Positions 33,015-45,199 of a DNA stretch of 64,000 nucleotides are shown one piece after another. A model generated the notes under the pieces. The model searched no databases. It was not told where the DNA came from and worked only from the letters and a program-made list of their open reading frames with translations. Origin of the DNA: Pelagibacteraceae bacterium (GTDB lineage: Bacteria; Pseudomonadota; Alphaproteobacteria; Pelagibacterales; Pelagibacteraceae); the NCBI GenBank assembly GCA_018402735.1, contig JAGYIF010000004.1, positions 37,669 to 101,668 on the forward strand, read 5' to 3'. Made by a program: the position numbers and the translations under genes. Numbering within the stretch: the stretch's first letter is position 1; each line of letters opens with the position of its first letter.

Positions 33015-33632
33015 ATGAACGATAAATTAGGATTAGATAAAGCTTTTTTAGATAAAGAGAACCCATACGATCTATTCAACATATGGATGGCGGAAGCAGA
33101 AAAGTCTGAAATCAATGACCCAAATGCTTTATCAGTTGCAACGGTTGATGCGTCTGGACAACCAGATAACCGAATGGTTTTACTCAAAGGATTAACAAGT
33201 GAAGGTTTTGTTTTTTATACTAACCTTGAGGGTAAAAAAGGTAAAGATTTAAAAGCTAATCCAAAAGCTTCTATGTGTTTTCATTGGAAATCACTTCGAA
33301 GACAGGTTCGTGTTCAAGGCTCTGTTACTTTAGTCGATAACAAAACAGCAGATGAATATTATGCAACAAGACCATATGAAAGTAGAATAGGTGCGTGGGC
33401 TTCTAGCCAATCAGAAGTAATGCAAACTAGAGGTGAATTTGAAAAAAAAATTGAAGAATTTAAAAAACGATATCCAGATCCAAATAACGTGCCCAGACCT
33501 CCACATTGGTCAGGCTGGTTACTTAGTCCCTATAAAATCGAGTTTTGGATGGATGTAGAAAACCGGTTGCATCAAAGACTGTGTTATTCCAAAATTGGTA
33601 AAGCTTGGCACCAAGAAATTTTATATCCTTAA
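33015..33632 (+). CDS. pdxH: Pyridoxamine 5'-phosphate oxidase
   Basis: RMVLLK, FYTN..KG, RPPHWSG and EFW...RLH motifs. Confidence 0.95.
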   Translation: MNDKLGLDKAFLDKENPYDLFNIWMAEAEKSEINDPNALSVATVDASGQPDNRMVLLKGLTSEGFVFYTNLEGKKGKDLKANPKASMCFHWKSLRRQVRVQGSVTLVDNKTADEYYATRPYESRIGAWASSQSEVMQTRGEFEKKIEEFKKRYPDPNNVPRPPHWSGWLLSPYKIEFWMDVENRLHQRLCYSKIGKAWHQEILYP

Positions 33633-33656
33633 TAATTCTTTTTTAGAGTAGTTAAT

Positions 33657-34166
33657 TTAAACAATTTCAATCCAATAACCATCAGGATCTTTTATGAAGG
33701 CGATACTTTTCATAGTACCATCGCTTGGTTTTTTTTGAAAAGTAACACCTAATTTTTCAAATCGTTCGCATGCTTTTAAGACATCTGGAACTTTAAAGGC
33801 GATGTGGCCAAATCCTCGCGGTTCTTTATTACCATCGTGATAAGTGAAATTAGGATCATTTTCTGTTCCCCAATTATGAGTTAATTCCAAAATAGATTTC
33901 TGATTTAACACCCAACCTCTTTTTTCTTCATTATCTTTTGGCAGATCTTTTGTTTCTTCTTCATTAAAAGTTCCCAAAAAATAAAGAGAAAACTTTGCAT
34001 TAGGAAAATCATTTTTTCTAACTAATTTCATTCCCATTACTCTAGTGTAAAAATCCAAAGAAGCTTTTGGATCTTTGATACGGATCATGGTGTGATTGAA
34101 GGTGTAGTGACCTGTTTCTGAATCTGGCTTGGTGCAATTGCCCTCTATATCTTTAAAATCAGTCAT
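33657..34166 (-). CDS. gloA: Lactoylglutathione lyase (glyoxalase I, long type)
   Basis: [26 protein letters not shown] and DPDGYWIE motifs. Confidence 0.95.
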   Translation of the reverse strand: MTDFKDIEGNCTKPDSETGHYTFNHTMIRIKDPKASLDFYTRVMGMKLVRKNDFPNAKFSLYFLGTFNEEETKDLPKDNEEKRGWVLNQKSILELTHNWGTENDPNFTYHDGNKEPRGFGHIAFKVPDVLKACERFEKLGVTFQKKPSDGTMKSIAFIKDPDGYWIEIV

Positions 34167-34932
34167 TAGCTTTTGTAATTCTTTCTAAGATTTTAGTTAA
34201 AGCCCCATTCATCTTAGTAAAGACACCAGCTTTTTTTAGACGCAGCAACAACTCTTCATTAATACCCTTTTTAGTTTGATATTCTTTGATTAAGTCTTTG
34301 GTTTTTGTTTTCGACATTAGCATGGTGTGGGAAAGACCAAACATCAAACTAGCAACCATCGCTCTAGCTTTATCTGCTTTCACTTTCTTGTTCACTAACC
34401 ACATTTCGAGCGTATTACAAAATTCAAAGTAGATCGCCATGGTCGATGCAATCGTCCATAACTGATTATTTTCTTTTTCAGTACTTGCAACCACAGCTTT
34501 ACCAAGTTGATTAAAAAAATTTGTCACTTTCTTATTATTTGGAAACAAAACAATAGGTCCAAGTTTATGTTTAATAGTTGGGAGTGGTGCTGCTTTGATT
34601 ATGTTAGTTGCAGGATATAATGTTTTTTTCAAATACGTCATGTTTGCAGTAGAAATAAAACTAACGATAGTTTGGTTTTTTCTAAATCGAAGATTTTGCA
34701 ATATACTTTTTGCAACTTTTGGAACCACTGCAATAAATATCCAAGATGATTTATTAATAATTTCTTGATTATTATTCATAACCTTAACTCGTTTAAATTT
34801 TCTAGATAAGGCTGTAGAATTCTTCTTACTTCGTTCTGAAATTAGAATTTGCTTAACTTTAATCTTTGATCTAAACAAACCTTCAATAACCGAAGTAGTG
34901 ATAGTACCAGTGCCTATAAATCCTATGTTCAT
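34159..34932 (-). CDS. Pyrroline-5-carboxylate reductase-like NAD(P) oxidoreductase
   Basis: IGFIGTGTI Rossmann fold and ProC-like length; canonical SGSGPA motif not seen. Confidence 0.7.
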   Translation of the reverse strand: MNIGFIGTGTITTSVIEGLFRSKIKVKQILISERSKKNSTALSRKFKRVKVMNNNQEIINKSSWIFIAVVPKVAKSILQNLRFRKNQTIVSFISTANMTYLKKTLYPATNIIKAAPLPTIKHKLGPIVLFPNNKKVTNFFNQLGKAVVASTEKENNQLWTIASTMAIYFEFCNTLEMWLVNKKVKADKARAMVASLMFGLSHTMLMSKTKTKDLIKEYQTKKGINEELLLRLKKAGVFTKMNGALTKILERITKAND

Positions 34933-34961
34933 TATTGTAATTTTTAACGGAAAACAAAAGA

Positions 34962-35807
34962 ATGTCTATTTATAAAATTCCAGGTCCTTTACTGATCGCG
35001 ATGGGAGGTTTGTTTTTAAGTTCTGGCGGAGCTATCTTTAGATCCTTTGAAATGGCAGATCCTTGGGCTATCTATTTTTGGCGTTCTGTTTTTTTTACAC
35101 CTTCTGTTTTATTATTTATTTTTCTTACCAGCACATCAAACGTTACTGAAAAATTTAAAAGTCTAGGCTGGGTTGGATTATTATGTGCAGCATTATATGC
35201 AACTGGCAGCGGCGCTTATATGTTTGCATTAAAATACACAACGGTTGCCAACGTTGTATTTATTATTAGTGTTCAAACCTTTTTTTTAGCGATCATGGGT
35301 TATTTTTTTTTAAAAGAAAAAATTAATATCAGTACAGGTATTGCGATTATGTTAGCTGCCATTGGGCTATATATTATGATTGGAACTAAGATTTCCGGTG
35401 GTAGCGCTCTTGGCAATGCTTTTGCTTTTGTGATTCCAGTTGCATTTACAGCAGTCGTTATTTTAATTAGAACCTTTAAGCATATTGATATGGTGCCAGC
35501 TGTTGCTTTATCAGGAATATTTGCTGCATCTGTTGGTTTTATTTTTAGTGGTCCTATTGCAATTTCTCTTCATGATTTAATTTTAGTATTTTTTTTTGGA
35601 GCATTACAATATGCACCAGGCTTTATTTGTTTAACTCTAGGCTCACAAACAACTCCAGCTGCTAAAATTGGTATCTTTACTTTTACCGAAGCATTAGCAG
35701 GACCTATTTGGGCTTGGCTAGTGGTTAGTGAGGTTCCACCGCTCGGAGTATTTGTTGGTGGCGGGATCATCTTTCTTGCTATTTTGCTTAAAACTTTTAA
35801 AGCATAA
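34962..35807 (+). CDS. DMT/EamA family transporter
   Basis: About 10 TM segments in two repeated halves. Confidence 0.85.
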   Translation: MSIYKIPGPLLIAMGGLFLSSGGAIFRSFEMADPWAIYFWRSVFFTPSVLLFIFLTSTSNVTEKFKSLGWVGLLCAALYATGSGAYMFALKYTTVANVVFIISVQTFFLAIMGYFFLKEKINISTGIAIMLAAIGLYIMIGTKISGGSALGNAFAFVIPVAFTAVVILIRTFKHIDMVPAVALSGIFAASVGFIFSGPIAISLHDLILVFFFGALQYAPGFICLTLGSQTTPAAKIGIFTFTEALAGPIWAWLVVSEVPPLGVFVGGGIIFLAILLKTFKA

Positions 35808-35852
35808 ACTAATAGTTTCGTTAATCTTACGGAATCAGTATAACCTCCAATA

Positions 35853-36236
35853 ATGGACAATTTGTTAAAAAATATTCAATTAGGTGGAGCCATAATTGTG
35901 TTCATTGCAACTATTTTTGCTTTTGGCATAGAAGTTCAGAAAATACTTGTCCTCCGATCTGTTGATCTTGGTGATTTATTATTATTATTTATTTATTTAG
36001 AAGTATTAGGAATGGTAGCTAGTTATTGGGGTTCGCAACGAATTCAGCTTACTTATCCTCTATTTATCGCAATTACTGCTATCGCTCGTTTAATCATTTT
36101 ACAAAGTAAAGATTTACAGGCAATCACTTTAATTTATGAGTCGGCTGCAATTTTGATTATATCTATTTCTATTTTGGTTTTAAGAATAAGAAGAAGTAAA
36201 TTAATTCAAGTTGCTCTGGATAAAAACGACCTTTAA
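35853..36236 (+). CDS. PsiE family membrane protein
   Basis: LGDLLLLFIYLE and FIAITAIARLIIL motifs. Confidence 0.85.
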   Translation: MDNLLKNIQLGGAIIVFIATIFAFGIEVQKILVLRSVDLGDLLLLFIYLEVLGMVASYWGSQRIQLTYPLFIAITAIARLIILQSKDLQAITLIYESAAILIISISILVLRIRRSKLIQVALDKNDL

Positions 36237-36278
36237 TTATTGTCGATTATACGCTCAAGGTGTACTAAATTTGTATAA

Positions 36279-37637
36279 ATGAAAAAGCCTTCCGTAAAAA
36301 ATAAATTTGACTACATTGTTATTGGAGCAGGTTCAGCCGGAGTTCGATTTTGCCGGCTTATGTCGTCTAAAGGCAAGAGCGTCTGTATTATTGAAAAAAG
36401 CAGGGTAGGTGGAACCTGTGTCATTAGAGGCTGTGTTCCTAAAAAACTTTATGTTTACGCCTCCAACTTTTCTGACCAGATGTATGACGCGGAAAGTTTT
36501 GGCTGGAAGATACCAGGGCGTGCTACGCATAATTGGAGCAAATTAGTTCAAAGTAAAAATAAAGAAATTAAAAGATTAAATGAAATTTATATTCGTAATT
36601 TATCTAAAGTAGGCGTTACTATTATACAGGAAGAAGCTTCTTTTCATTCTAAAAATTCTATTGTTTTAAAACAATCGGGAAGAATACTTCAAGCAAAAAA
36701 AATTATCATCACCACAGGCTCGACACCTGTCATACCTAACATTCCTGGCAAAGAATTAGCCATATCTTCAGATCAGTTTTTTGAAATGAAACAATTACCT
36801 AAAAATATTAGTATTGTTGGCAGCGGCTATATTGCTGTAGAGTTTGCATTTTTACTCGCTAACTTAAATTACAAGGTAAGTTTAATCATTAGAAAAAAAA
36901 CTATTCTTAATGAGTTTGATACAGATATTGGAAAGAAAATATTAGAGTCAGCGATTAGAAAAAAGATAAAGATTTATGATGAACGAACAGTTCATGCATT
37001 GTCTAAAAAAAATAAATCAATCATCATTCATACTAACAAAAGTACGGTAGTATCCCAGTTAGTTATTTTTGCAACAGGTAGAACTCCCAGCATTCACAGT
37101 CTTGATTTAGAAAAAGCAAGCGTGCAATTAACTAAAAGCCATTCAATAAAAGTGAATGCATTATCTCAAACCACTAATAAAAATATTTTTGCACTAGGAG
37201 ATGTTACTAATAGAAAAAACCTAACTCCAGTTGCAATTAGAGAAGCTGTTTATTTAGTAGATTATTTAACCACTGGTAGAAAAAAAACTTTAAATTACAA
37301 TAGAATAGCTTCTGCTATTTTTACCCAGCCAGAAGTTGGACATATTGGTTTAGGGGAACAAGATCTGCAAAATAAAAAGATTAAATACAAAGTTTTGCAA
37401 ACAGAATTTAGACCGATGAAGTATTCTTTTTCTAAAAAAATAAACCCAGTTTTTATTAAAGTATTATACCAACCTCAAACAGAAAATATTTTTGGTATTA
37501 TTTATATTGGTGAAGGTGCAGCTGAGATTATTCAGTCCCTAGCATTAGCATTTGCTAAAAAAGTTACCCTACAGGATTTGCGAAATACCGTGCCAGTGCA
37601 CCCAACTTCTTCAGAAGAACTGATCACGCTTGTTTAA
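36279..37637 (+). CDS. gor: Glutathione reductase
   Basis: GAGSAG, GGTCVIRGCVPKK redox disulfide and C-terminal HPTSSEE. Confidence 0.9.
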   Translation: MKKPSVKNKFDYIVIGAGSAGVRFCRLMSSKGKSVCIIEKSRVGGTCVIRGCVPKKLYVYASNFSDQMYDAESFGWKIPGRATHNWSKLVQSKNKEIKRLNEIYIRNLSKVGVTIIQEEASFHSKNSIVLKQSGRILQAKKIIITTGSTPVIPNIPGKELAISSDQFFEMKQLPKNISIVGSGYIAVEFAFLLANLNYKVSLIIRKKTILNEFDTDIGKKILESAIRKKIKIYDERTVHALSKKNKSIIIHTNKSTVVSQLVIFATGRTPSIHSLDLEKASVQLTKSHSIKVNALSQTTNKNIFALGDVTNRKNLTPVAIREAVYLVDYLTTGRKKTLNYNRIASAIFTQPEVGHIGLGEQDLQNKKIKYKVLQTEFRPMKYSFSKKINPVFIKVLYQPQTENIFGIIYIGEGAAEIIQSLALAFAKKVTLQDLRNTVPVHPTSSEELITLV

Positions 37638-37648
37638 ATTTTAATAAG

Positions 37649-39148
37649 ATGATGGAAAACAAAGCTTTTATTATTTTGGGAAATCAACTCTTTCCTAAAG
37701 AGCATCTTAAAGCATTTTCTAAACATCATTTCTTTATGGCAGAAGACTTAGAGTTGTGCAGTTACGTTAAGCACCATAAGCAAAAAATTCTAATGTACTT
37801 ATCTGCGATGCGTTCGTACGCAGATGATCTCACTTCTTATAAATACAAGCTGACTTATTATGATCTAGAGCATGCATTGTTTACAAAAAGCTATGAACAA
37901 AAATTATTAGCATTTGTAAAACAATATAAAATTAAAGAAATTTATACTTTTGAAATAGAAGATAAATTTTTTGAAAAAAGAATGACAGATTTTTGTAAGC
38001 ACAATAATTTAAATTATACAGTAGTTACTTCCCCAATGTTTGTTACTAGCCGAGGTGAATTTGCAAACTATCTTAGCTCTAATAACAAGCCATTTATGGC
38101 AACTTTTTATAAAACACAAAGAATTAGACTAAATGTTTTATTGGTTGACAAAAACAAACCCCAAGGAGGCAAATGGTCTTTTGATGAGGACAACCGAAAA
38201 AAATTAGCGACTAGTGTTATTGTTCCAAAAATAAGATCGTTTAAACCAACAACGCACACCACAACTCTAAAACCCAAAATAGAAAAATACTTTGCATCTC
38301 ATCCAGGAACGCTTGCTCATTTTAATCATCCAACTACTAGAAAAGATGCTGTTTTATTATTTTTAGATTTTTTAAAAGAAAAACTTGCTTTATTTGGAGA
38401 TTATGAAGATTCTATTACTAGTAAATCGCATACGGTATTTCATAGTATATTGAGTCCAGCAATTAATTTAGGATTGTTGACGCCAGATATTATTATTCAG
38501 GAAACTTTAGCTTTCGCAAAAAAGAAACGGATACCTATGAACTCACTTGAAGGTTATGTGCGTCAGGTAATTGGCTGGCGAGAATTTATGCGGGGTATTT
38601 ATCAACATTATGAGGACAAATTATTAAAAGGAAATTTTTTTAAACACAAAAGAAAATTAAAAGACAGTTGGTATGAAGGTACTACGGGAATTGTTCCTCT
38701 TGACCACTCGATAAAAAATTGTCTTACCTATGGCTATACTCATCACATTGAACGCTTGATGGTCATTTGTAATATTATGAACTTATCAGGCATTCATCCT
38801 TTAGAAGTGTATAAATGGTTTATGGAGATGTATGTTGACTCATCCGACTGGGTAATGGCTCCAAACGTTATGGGAATGGGTTTGTTTAGTGACGGAGGAA
38901 TTTTTGCAACTAAGCCTTATATTTGTGGTTCTAGTTATATTTTAAAAATGAGCGATCATCCCAAAGGAGATTGGTGTGAAGTTATGGACGGATTATACTG
39001 GAAATTTATTGATACTAACAAAGCATTCTTTCTAAAAAACTACCGCTTAGCGATGATGGCTAAATTACTTGAAAAAATGGATCTAAGCCGAAAAAAAAGA
39101 ATTTTTGCAAAAGCTGACGAGTTTATCAACAAGCATACCCGTCATTAA
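37649..39148 (+). CDS. Bacterial cryptochrome / (6-4) photolyase family protein (PhrB/CryB-related)
   Basis: ILGNQL, HHKQK, GGKWSFDEDNR, EGYVRQVIGWREF, HHIERLM and TKPY motifs. Confidence 0.9.
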   Translation: MMENKAFIILGNQLFPKEHLKAFSKHHFFMAEDLELCSYVKHHKQKILMYLSAMRSYADDLTSYKYKLTYYDLEHALFTKSYEQKLLAFVKQYKIKEIYTFEIEDKFFEKRMTDFCKHNNLNYTVVTSPMFVTSRGEFANYLSSNNKPFMATFYKTQRIRLNVLLVDKNKPQGGKWSFDEDNRKKLATSVIVPKIRSFKPTTHTTTLKPKIEKYFASHPGTLAHFNHPTTRKDAVLLFLDFLKEKLALFGDYEDSITSKSHTVFHSILSPAINLGLLTPDIIIQETLAFAKKKRIPMNSLEGYVRQVIGWREFMRGIYQHYEDKLLKGNFFKHKRKLKDSWYEGTTGIVPLDHSIKNCLTYGYTHHIERLMVICNIMNLSGIHPLEVYKWFMEMYVDSSDWVMAPNVMGMGLFSDGGIFATKPYICGSSYILKMSDHPKGDWCEVMDGLYWKFIDTNKAFFLKNYRLAMMAKLLEKMDLSRKKRIFAKADEFINKHTRH

Positions 39149-39243
39149 GATTTGGCCAGCTCCAAGTATTTCTTAGCAACAAAACTTAATATTAACTCAA
39201 CCGATATCGACTTAAACACGCCACAAAAATAGTTACTTAAATA

Positions 39244-39270
39244 TAATTGTGGGGGTAACCCCCACAATTA
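39244..39270. terminator. Perfect 12-bp hairpin, probably the terminator of the gor-photolyase unit
   Basis: taattgtggggg-taa-cccccacaatta. Confidence 0.7.
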
Positions 39271-39363
39271 ATTCTTTGCCTTTTTATCCACACAAATAAT
39301 ACAAGTAAAAAAAAGTTTTTCTCAATAATGAGACCATCTGTAGCGTTCTAAAACATAAACTTT

Positions 39364-39405
39364 ATTTGAATTATTCTTGACTATGATAATTATTCGCAAT
39401 AACTT
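39364..39405 (+). promoter_or_regulatory. katG promoter with Fur/Irr-family boxes
   Basis: TTGACT(39377)-17-TAACTT(39400); TGATAATTATTCGCA at 39384-39398 matches the palindromes upstream of fbpA. Confidence 0.55.
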
Positions 39406-39446
39406 ACTTTCCATAAGAAACTACAAATTTTTTAACTATAATTTAA

Positions 39447-41636
<2,190 letters not shown>

Positions 41637-41660
41637 TTATTTAATTAGATAATTATCATC

Positions 41661-41703
41661 AAAAGCCATTTTCATATTAATGTTAATGGCTTTTGTTTTT
41701 TTT
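41661..41703 (+). terminator. Terminator after katG
   Basis: aaaagccatt / aatggctttt stem followed by a T-run. Confidence 0.8.
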
Positions 41704-41803
41704 ATTCATATAGACAAATATCATACATAATATTTGTAATCACAAATGTCATTTGACTATCATCATGTTTTATTATTAAATTGTATTAGATAAGAAACTA
41801 TTA

Positions 41804-42034
41804 ATGAAAAAAAATATTGTAAATAAAAAAAGAAAAATTTCTAAAAAAATTGCTAAGTATTCAAAAAAAATATCTAAATTAGAGAAAAAAAAAGTACAGT
41901 TAGAAAAAAAATTACAATCCTTATCAACTAAATCAGCTCGTACTGACAAAAAAATAAAAGTAAAAGTAAAAAAAATTAAAAAGAAAAATAGGCCCGATCC
42001 CAGCAAAGTGATTAACGTTAAGGCGATTAATTAA
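41804..42034 (+). CDS. Small, extremely basic Lys-rich hypothetical protein
   Basis: 76-aa ORF between two terminators, with TTGACT/TAAATT promoter-like elements upstream; 28 Lys and 3 Arg. Confidence 0.55.
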   Translation: MKKNIVNKKRKISKKIAKYSKKISKLEKKKVQLEKKLQSLSTKSARTDKKIKVKVKKIKKKNRPDPSKVINVKAIN

Positions 42035-42063
42035 TAAACTAGCCAAAAATTGAAATAAGTCCC

Positions 42064-42081
42064 AAAGGGGCCGAAGCCCCC
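42064..42081 (-). terminator. Hairpin terminator after aceA (C-UUCG-G tetraloop)
   Basis: Minus strand GGGGC-TTCG-GCCCC-TTT. Confidence 0.75.
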
Positions 42082-42110
42082 AAGGAAAACTTTATCAAAA
42101 ATTAATTAAG

Positions 42111-43394
42111 TTAAAATTGCTCTGCTTCAGTTGAACCAGACATTGCTGTTGTCGATGACTTTCCAGCACTAATAATTTGAGAAATATTATCAAAGTAGGT
42201 TGTGCCAACTTCACGTTGATGTTTGACGGCGGTATATCCATCTTTTTCTGCATCAAATTCTTGTTGTTGAATTTGAGAATAAGCAGCCATTCCATCTTTT
42301 TTATAGCTTTGTGCAAATTTAAACACAGAGTAGTTTTGAACGTGAAAACCAGCCAAGGTAATAAATTGGAATTTATAACCTAGATCTCCAAGTTTTTGTT
42401 GAAATGTTTGCATTTCGCTTTCTGTTAAATATTTTTTCCAGTTAAACGAAGGTGAACAATTGTAAGCAAGTAATTTACCAGGAAATTTTGCATGAATAGC
42501 TTCAGCAAACTTTTTAGCTTCTGCTAGATCAGGCTTATCTGTTTCACACCATATTAAATCACAGTAAGGAGCGTAGGCTAATCCTCTTGAGATTGCTTGC
42601 TCAATACCATTGCGTACATAGTAAAAACCCTCTGCAGATCGTTCCCCAGTTAAAAAAGGCTTATCGTTTGTATCGCAATCACTGGTAATTAGTTTGGCAG
42701 CATTGGCATCTGTTCTAGCGAGAATTACCAATGGTACATTCATCACATTAGCCGCTAAGCGAGCTGCTTTTAAATTACGAATTGCATTTTGAGTTGGGAT
42801 CAAAACTTTTCCACCCATATGTCCGCATTTTTTTTCTGATGCGAGTTGATCTTCAAAGTGAACACCAGCAGCACCTGCTTTTATAAACTTTTTAGTAAGT
42901 TCATATACGTTAAGAGGACCACCAAATCCTGCCTCACCATCCGCAATAATAGGCATATGATAATCCACACTATCTTTTGGATTCATCTTGCCTTCTAAAA
43001 TTTCCATGTATTGAATTTGATCAGCCCGCATTAAAGCATTAATCATACTCTCTACTAATTTCGGTGCACTATCGTAGGGATATAAGCTTTGGTCCGGATA
43101 CATTTCTCCAGCTGAATTTGCATCAGCAGCAACCTGCCAACCTGACAAATATATTGCGCGCAATCCTGCTTTGGCATGCTGTACAGCGTGATTACCAGAA
43201 AGACCTCCTAGGGTATTAATATATTTTTCAGTATGTAATAATTTCCAAAGTTTTTTAGACAATTGTTTAGACACTGTATATTCGACATTAAATGTGCCTC
43301 TTAGCTTTTCGACATCTTCTTCTGAAAAATGATTATTAGTACTTTCAATTCTTTTCTTTTCGATAGTTTCCAATATTGCTTCTGCATTAGGCAT
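42111..43394 (-). CDS. aceA: Isocitrate lyase
   Basis: Catalytic [18 protein letters not shown] and LARTDA motifs. Confidence 0.97.
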   Translation of the reverse strand: MPNAEAILETIEKKRIESTNNHFSEEDVEKLRGTFNVEYTVSKQLSKKLWKLLHTEKYINTLGGLSGNHAVQHAKAGLRAIYLSGWQVAADANSAGEMYPDQSLYPYDSAPKLVESMINALMRADQIQYMEILEGKMNPKDSVDYHMPIIADGEAGFGGPLNVYELTKKFIKAGAAGVHFEDQLASEKKCGHMGGKVLIPTQNAIRNLKAARLAANVMNVPLVILARTDANAAKLITSDCDTNDKPFLTGERSAEGFYYVRNGIEQAISRGLAYAPYCDLIWCETDKPDLAEAKKFAEAIHAKFPGKLLAYNCSPSFNWKKYLTESEMQTFQQKLGDLGYKFQFITLAGFHVQNYSVFKFAQSYKKDGMAAYSQIQQQEFDAEKDGYTAVKHQREVGTTYFDNISQIISAGKSSTTAMSGSTEAEQF

Positions 43395-43581
43395 TCGAGA
43401 TCTCCTTATTATTAGTTTGCATATCGTTTATGCCTGAATTCCCCCAATCTTGATCATCGTCTCGCACGTAGACCCCATTTTGCTGGAATTGACATTCTTT
43501 ATTTTCATGATTCTCATGGCCATTTAGTCCAAGTTTTTCCTCTAGATATTTAATAAAAAGTGCTCCTTTTTTATTGGTCAT
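43387..43581 (-). CDS. Small hypothetical protein overlapping the aceA start
   Basis: AGGAG RBS 7 nt before the ATG; stop overlaps the aceA start (ATGCCTAA). Confidence 0.65.
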   Translation of the reverse strand: MTNKKGALFIKYLEEKLGLNGHENHENKECQFQQNGVYVRDDDQDWGNSGINDMQTNNKEISNA

Positions 43582-43607
43582 GCAGTAACTCCTAGTTGGT
43601 TATATAA

Positions 43608-43714
43608 TTTACAATATTTTCAAATAATAAATAATGAAAGAAAATTGTTGATTATACTTGTAAATATGAAATTAAATATTGACTAATAAATTTGCAAATT
43701 GTAAATTTTGTAAA
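43608..43714. promoter_or_regulatory. Putative RamB/ScfR-family operator sites between aceA and its regulator
   Basis: TTTGCAAA-TTGTAAA-T-TTTGTAAA at 43691-43714 and TTTACAATATTTTCAAA at 43608-43624; resemble the TTTGCAAA repeats bound by PccR-type regulators. Confidence 0.55.
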
Positions 43715-43718
43715 TTAT

Positions 43719-45140
43719 ATGACTACACAAATTGGTTTCAAAATCAAAACTGCACGGCGAAAACTTGGTATGAATCAATTAGAATTAGCCAAAACGTTAA
43801 ATATTTCACCAAGTTATTTAAATTTAATCGAGTCTGGAAAAAGAAAAGTTAGCGTTGATTTATTAATAAAAGCTTCGGAAGAACTTAATTTAGATCTAAC
43901 AAAACTCTCCTCCAAAAATGATGCAGGCTTATTGCATGATTTACAAGATTTATTGGGAGATAATTTATTTGAAGATCTAGATATTACCAACCTCGAAGTT
44001 AAAGATTTAATTGAAAATAACCCACTTATCTCCAAAGCGCTTATTCGTTTAGGTGATATCTACCGAAAAAAAAATACAGAATTACATGATCAAATAGAAG
44101 TTATTTCAGGCGGAAATGTTGCCAATGACAAAACTACTTTTCCAGGCGAATCTGTTTCAGATTTTTTACAAGAACACCAAAATTATTTTCCAAAGCTAGA
44201 AGAGTATGCCAATAAATTATTTGTAAAAGTTAATCGCAAAGATAAAACGCGTTATGTTTTATTAGTTGAATATTTAAAAAAACATCACAACATTGAAGTC
44301 GAAGATATTGTACCAAAGCACGAAGCCCTGTTTTCTAAAAAATATATTCCTGAACAAAAGAAACTATATTTATCAGATTACCTTACCTTAGAGTCCAAAA
44401 AGATTTTTTGTGCTGCCCAAATTGTTCAAATGGAATGCATGCACCTAATTAAAGAATATTTAGAAAATTATAATTTTCCATCAGATACTGCCAAGCAACT
44501 TACCACTATCACTTTAATTAATTATACGGCAGCAGCTATTTTGATGCCGTACAAATTATTTTATGATGAGTGTAAAAAATATCGTTATGATCTTGAATTA
44601 TTACAACATACCTTTGCCGTTTCTTTTGAGCAAGTAGCGCACCGTGTCACTTGTTTGCAACATCCTAAAATGACCGGCATACCTTTTCATATGTTACGAG
44701 CAGACATCGCTGGTAATATTTCAAAGCGTCTTTCTCTATCAGGTATTCAGATACCACGTTACGGTGGCGCCTGCCCAAGATGGAACATTCATTCTTCTTT
44801 TATGTTACCAGGAAAAATTCATTGCGCTTTATCTAAAATGCCAGATGGTGAGGTGTACGTTTGTATTGCTAAAACGATTGAAAAGGGAATTGGCCGGCAC
44901 GGTATTTATCGAAGTATTTTAAGTATTGGTCTTGGCTGCCAATTAAAATATGCAAAAGATTTTATTTATGCGGATACGTTGAATTTAAAGGATGAAAATG
45001 CTGCTATTCCAATCGGGGTTAATTGCAGGACTTGCCCTAGAATGGATTGTCAGCAAAGAGCCTTCCCACCTATTAATAGAAATCTTAATATCAATTTAAA
45101 TAATAGAGGTGTTTCAGCTTATGTTAGTGAGACTTCTTAA
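43719..45140 (+). CDS. ramB: XRE-family short-chain fatty acyl-CoA regulator (RamB/ScfR/PccR family)
   Basis: N-terminal HTH ([14 protein letters not shown]), [19 protein letters not shown] and C-terminal [16 protein letters not shown]; divergent from aceA; ATG 43719 preferred over TTG 43692. Confidence 0.9.
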   Translation: MTTQIGFKIKTARRKLGMNQLELAKTLNISPSYLNLIESGKRKVSVDLLIKASEELNLDLTKLSSKNDAGLLHDLQDLLGDNLFEDLDITNLEVKDLIENNPLISKALIRLGDIYRKKNTELHDQIEVISGGNVANDKTTFPGESVSDFLQEHQNYFPKLEEYANKLFVKVNRKDKTRYVLLVEYLKKHHNIEVEDIVPKHEALFSKKYIPEQKKLYLSDYLTLESKKIFCAAQIVQMECMHLIKEYLENYNFPSDTAKQLTTITLINYTAAAILMPYKLFYDECKKYRYDLELLQHTFAVSFEQVAHRVTCLQHPKMTGIPFHMLRADIAGNISKRLSLSGIQIPRYGGACPRWNIHSSFMLPGKIHCALSKMPDGEVYVCIAKTIEKGIGRHGIYRSILSIGLGCQLKYAKDFIYADTLNLKDENAAIPIGVNCRTCPRMDCQQRAFPPINRNLNINLNNRGVSAYVSETS

Positions 45141-45199
45141 CGCGTTTTAAGTGTTATGTTTGGTATCTTGCATTAAGATTGTGTTACTTTGTAATCTTC

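Noticed and set aside
39146-39268. Short TTG-started minus-strand ORF (about 40 codons) after the photolyase
   Set aside because: No RBS, runs through the hairpin, and has no recognisable protein features.
41776-42006. 76-aa Phe-rich minus-strand ORF
   Set aside because: Mirror of the Lys-rich ORF; Phe richness follows from the poly-A runs. The + strand has promoter and terminator support, but the strand choice is not proven.
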